Shown here one piece after another: positions 39,193-40,000 of a stretch of DNA of 40,000 nucleotides. Numbering within the stretch: position 1 is the stretch's first letter; every line of letters starts with the position of its first letter. Both the position numbers and the translations under genes were made by a program. The stretch is taken from the NCBI GenBank assembly GCA_007095785.1, contig SFBL01000019.1, forward strand, positions 15,207-55,206, in the 5' to 3' direction. The notes below the pieces were generated by a model. That model did no database searches, was not told the DNA's origin, and saw only the letters and a program-made list of their open reading frames with translations. The DNA is from Microcystis aeruginosa Ma_SC_T_19800800_S464. Its GTDB lineage: Bacteria; Cyanobacteriota; Cyanobacteriia; Cyanobacteriales; Microcystaceae.

Positions 39193-40000
39193 AGTGTTAG
39201 ACTCGACTTGGAACAGAATAATTATTGCGACTGACGGGGTGACAAGCAAATGGACAGTGAAACAGGGTGTTGTCGGGGTTAGGGTGTTGTGCCTAGTAAG
39301 TCGGTCAATTTGATGGTTTACAGTGAGGAAATTTTTCCCCCACCTCACTTAAACTTCAACCTCGTTGTCACCCCTTCAGCTATTACGACCAGACATCTAA
39401 TCGTACCTGACCAAGGTAGTAATTGTCAATAGACATCTGCAATAAACGTTTATGGGGTGTGGCATCCTAAGCTCTGCTCTGCTGGTCTCGCGCAAGTCTA
39501 TCTTTAAATGTCACACTTGCTGCACTTCTTAATATTCAATTAATAATTTTTACTAATTTATTGGGTTCAGTGGTTTCTACAGTGAAGATTTTTTGTTAAA
39601 ACATCCGGTTCTTCGGTTTGTGTTATGCAATGGACGGGGGTTATAATAGATGTAACCCTTATATAGAAAGACATTTGGCAATTTTTGTCAATTGTTTTTG
39701 ATCTAGAGCGAACTAATCAATTAAGTCTCTTGCCAGATAAGGATTTAGTCGATTTATGTCCCCCTATCGAACCATACCAAGTAACGAAGAACCAAACATC
39801 CCAGGGAATGTAAAAATTTGTAAAAGTATATGGAGATGTGTAGAATGTCGGCTAGTATGCTACAATGTCGAGGCTCGGAACAATTAGAAGCGGCGGAAAG
39901 CTCGACCTTAGCCGTAGTCGGGTTTTCTGTAGTTCGTATAGCAATAATCCCACTCGTGAGAGACAGGAATTATCGCTTTAAGGGAACAGGGAACGGGTAA
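39193..40000. promoter_or_regulatory. Upstream region of mcyD: part of the divergent mcyA/mcyD promoter region
   Basis: This is 808 bp of AT-rich non-coding sequence upstream of the mcyD ATG. In Microcystis this spacer is the bidirectional mcyA/mcyD promoter (established knowledge). No long ORF is present, and all three plus-strand frames are closed near the window end, so mcyA starts beyond 40000. Confidence 0.7.

Noticed and set aside
39193-39348. A 52-codon N-terminal extension of the mcyD ORF in the six-frame track (start at 39348).
   Set aside because: The first codon is GTG. The extension (MRWGKNFLTVNHQIDRLTRHNTL...) has no PKS or docking-domain character. The ATG at 39192 gives the expected short leader before the KS domain.
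39756-39887. A 43-aa plus-strand ORF in the mcyA/mcyD spacer with four cysteines (C-x5-C-x2-C-x3-C): MSPYRTIPSNEEPNIPGNVKICKSIWRCVECRLVCYNVEARNN.
   Set aside because: It is short, has only a weak and distant AGGA upstream, has no known family, and lies in a region expected to be promoter or 5' UTR. Chance is the simplest explanation. It would need conservation or ribosome-profiling support.
39349-40000. Specific NtcA (GTA-N8-TAC) and Fur-box calls in the promoter region.
   Set aside because: I found no perfect NtcA palindrome by eye, and the AT-rich stretches are not specific enough to call Fur boxes without a matrix scan. They are reported only as candidates.
1-40000. A search for CRISPR arrays, transposases or integrases, rRNA or complete tRNA genes, toxin-antitoxin pairs or an undescribed multi-gene system.
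   Set aside because: Nothing of this kind was seen. Every large ORF is accounted for by hemL, dnaN or the known mcyD-J genes. The unusual features are intragenic (McyD module 1) or small intergenic motifs, not a new system.

Overview
This is a cyanobacterial chromosome segment with Microcystis-type gene order. About 35 kb (4141-39192, minus strand) is the complete mcyD-mcyE-mcyF-mcyG-mcyH-mcyI-mcyJ arm of the microcystin synthetase cluster. It comprises two giant PKS genes, one hybrid PKS/NRPS with an embedded aminotransferase, a racemase, an ABC exporter, a 2-hydroxyacid dehydrogenase and an O-methyltransferase. Upstream of mcyD lies part of the divergent mcyA/mcyD promoter region (39193-40000); mcyA itself is not reached. 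On the other side are dnaN (+), hemL (-) and the 5' end of a DUF1830-like gene (-). The order D-E-F-G-H-I-J followed by dnaN matches the arrangement described for Microcystis aeruginosa, so the system is well known and I do not claim a novel one. I saw no CRISPR array, rRNA, complete tRNA, transposase or integrase. Items worth a second look, all read directly from the sequence: (1) McyD module 1 has only a remnant acyltransferase, with the GQG motif, the GHS serine and the whole HAFHS segment missing; the other three ATs in the window are canonical. (2) The McyD module 1 ketoreductase has Ala where the catalytic Tyr should be. (3) Three perfect co-oriented DnaA boxes (TTTTCCACA) lie just upstream of dnaN, about 1.8 kb from the cluster end. 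(4) The non-coding dnaN-mcyJ spacer is rich in small repeats. (5) Several start codons need correction: the ORF-track N-terminal extensions of mcyD and mcyG are likely artefacts, and TTG starts with strong SD sequences are likely for mcyJ and hemL. All coordinates were counted by hand and no database search was possible.
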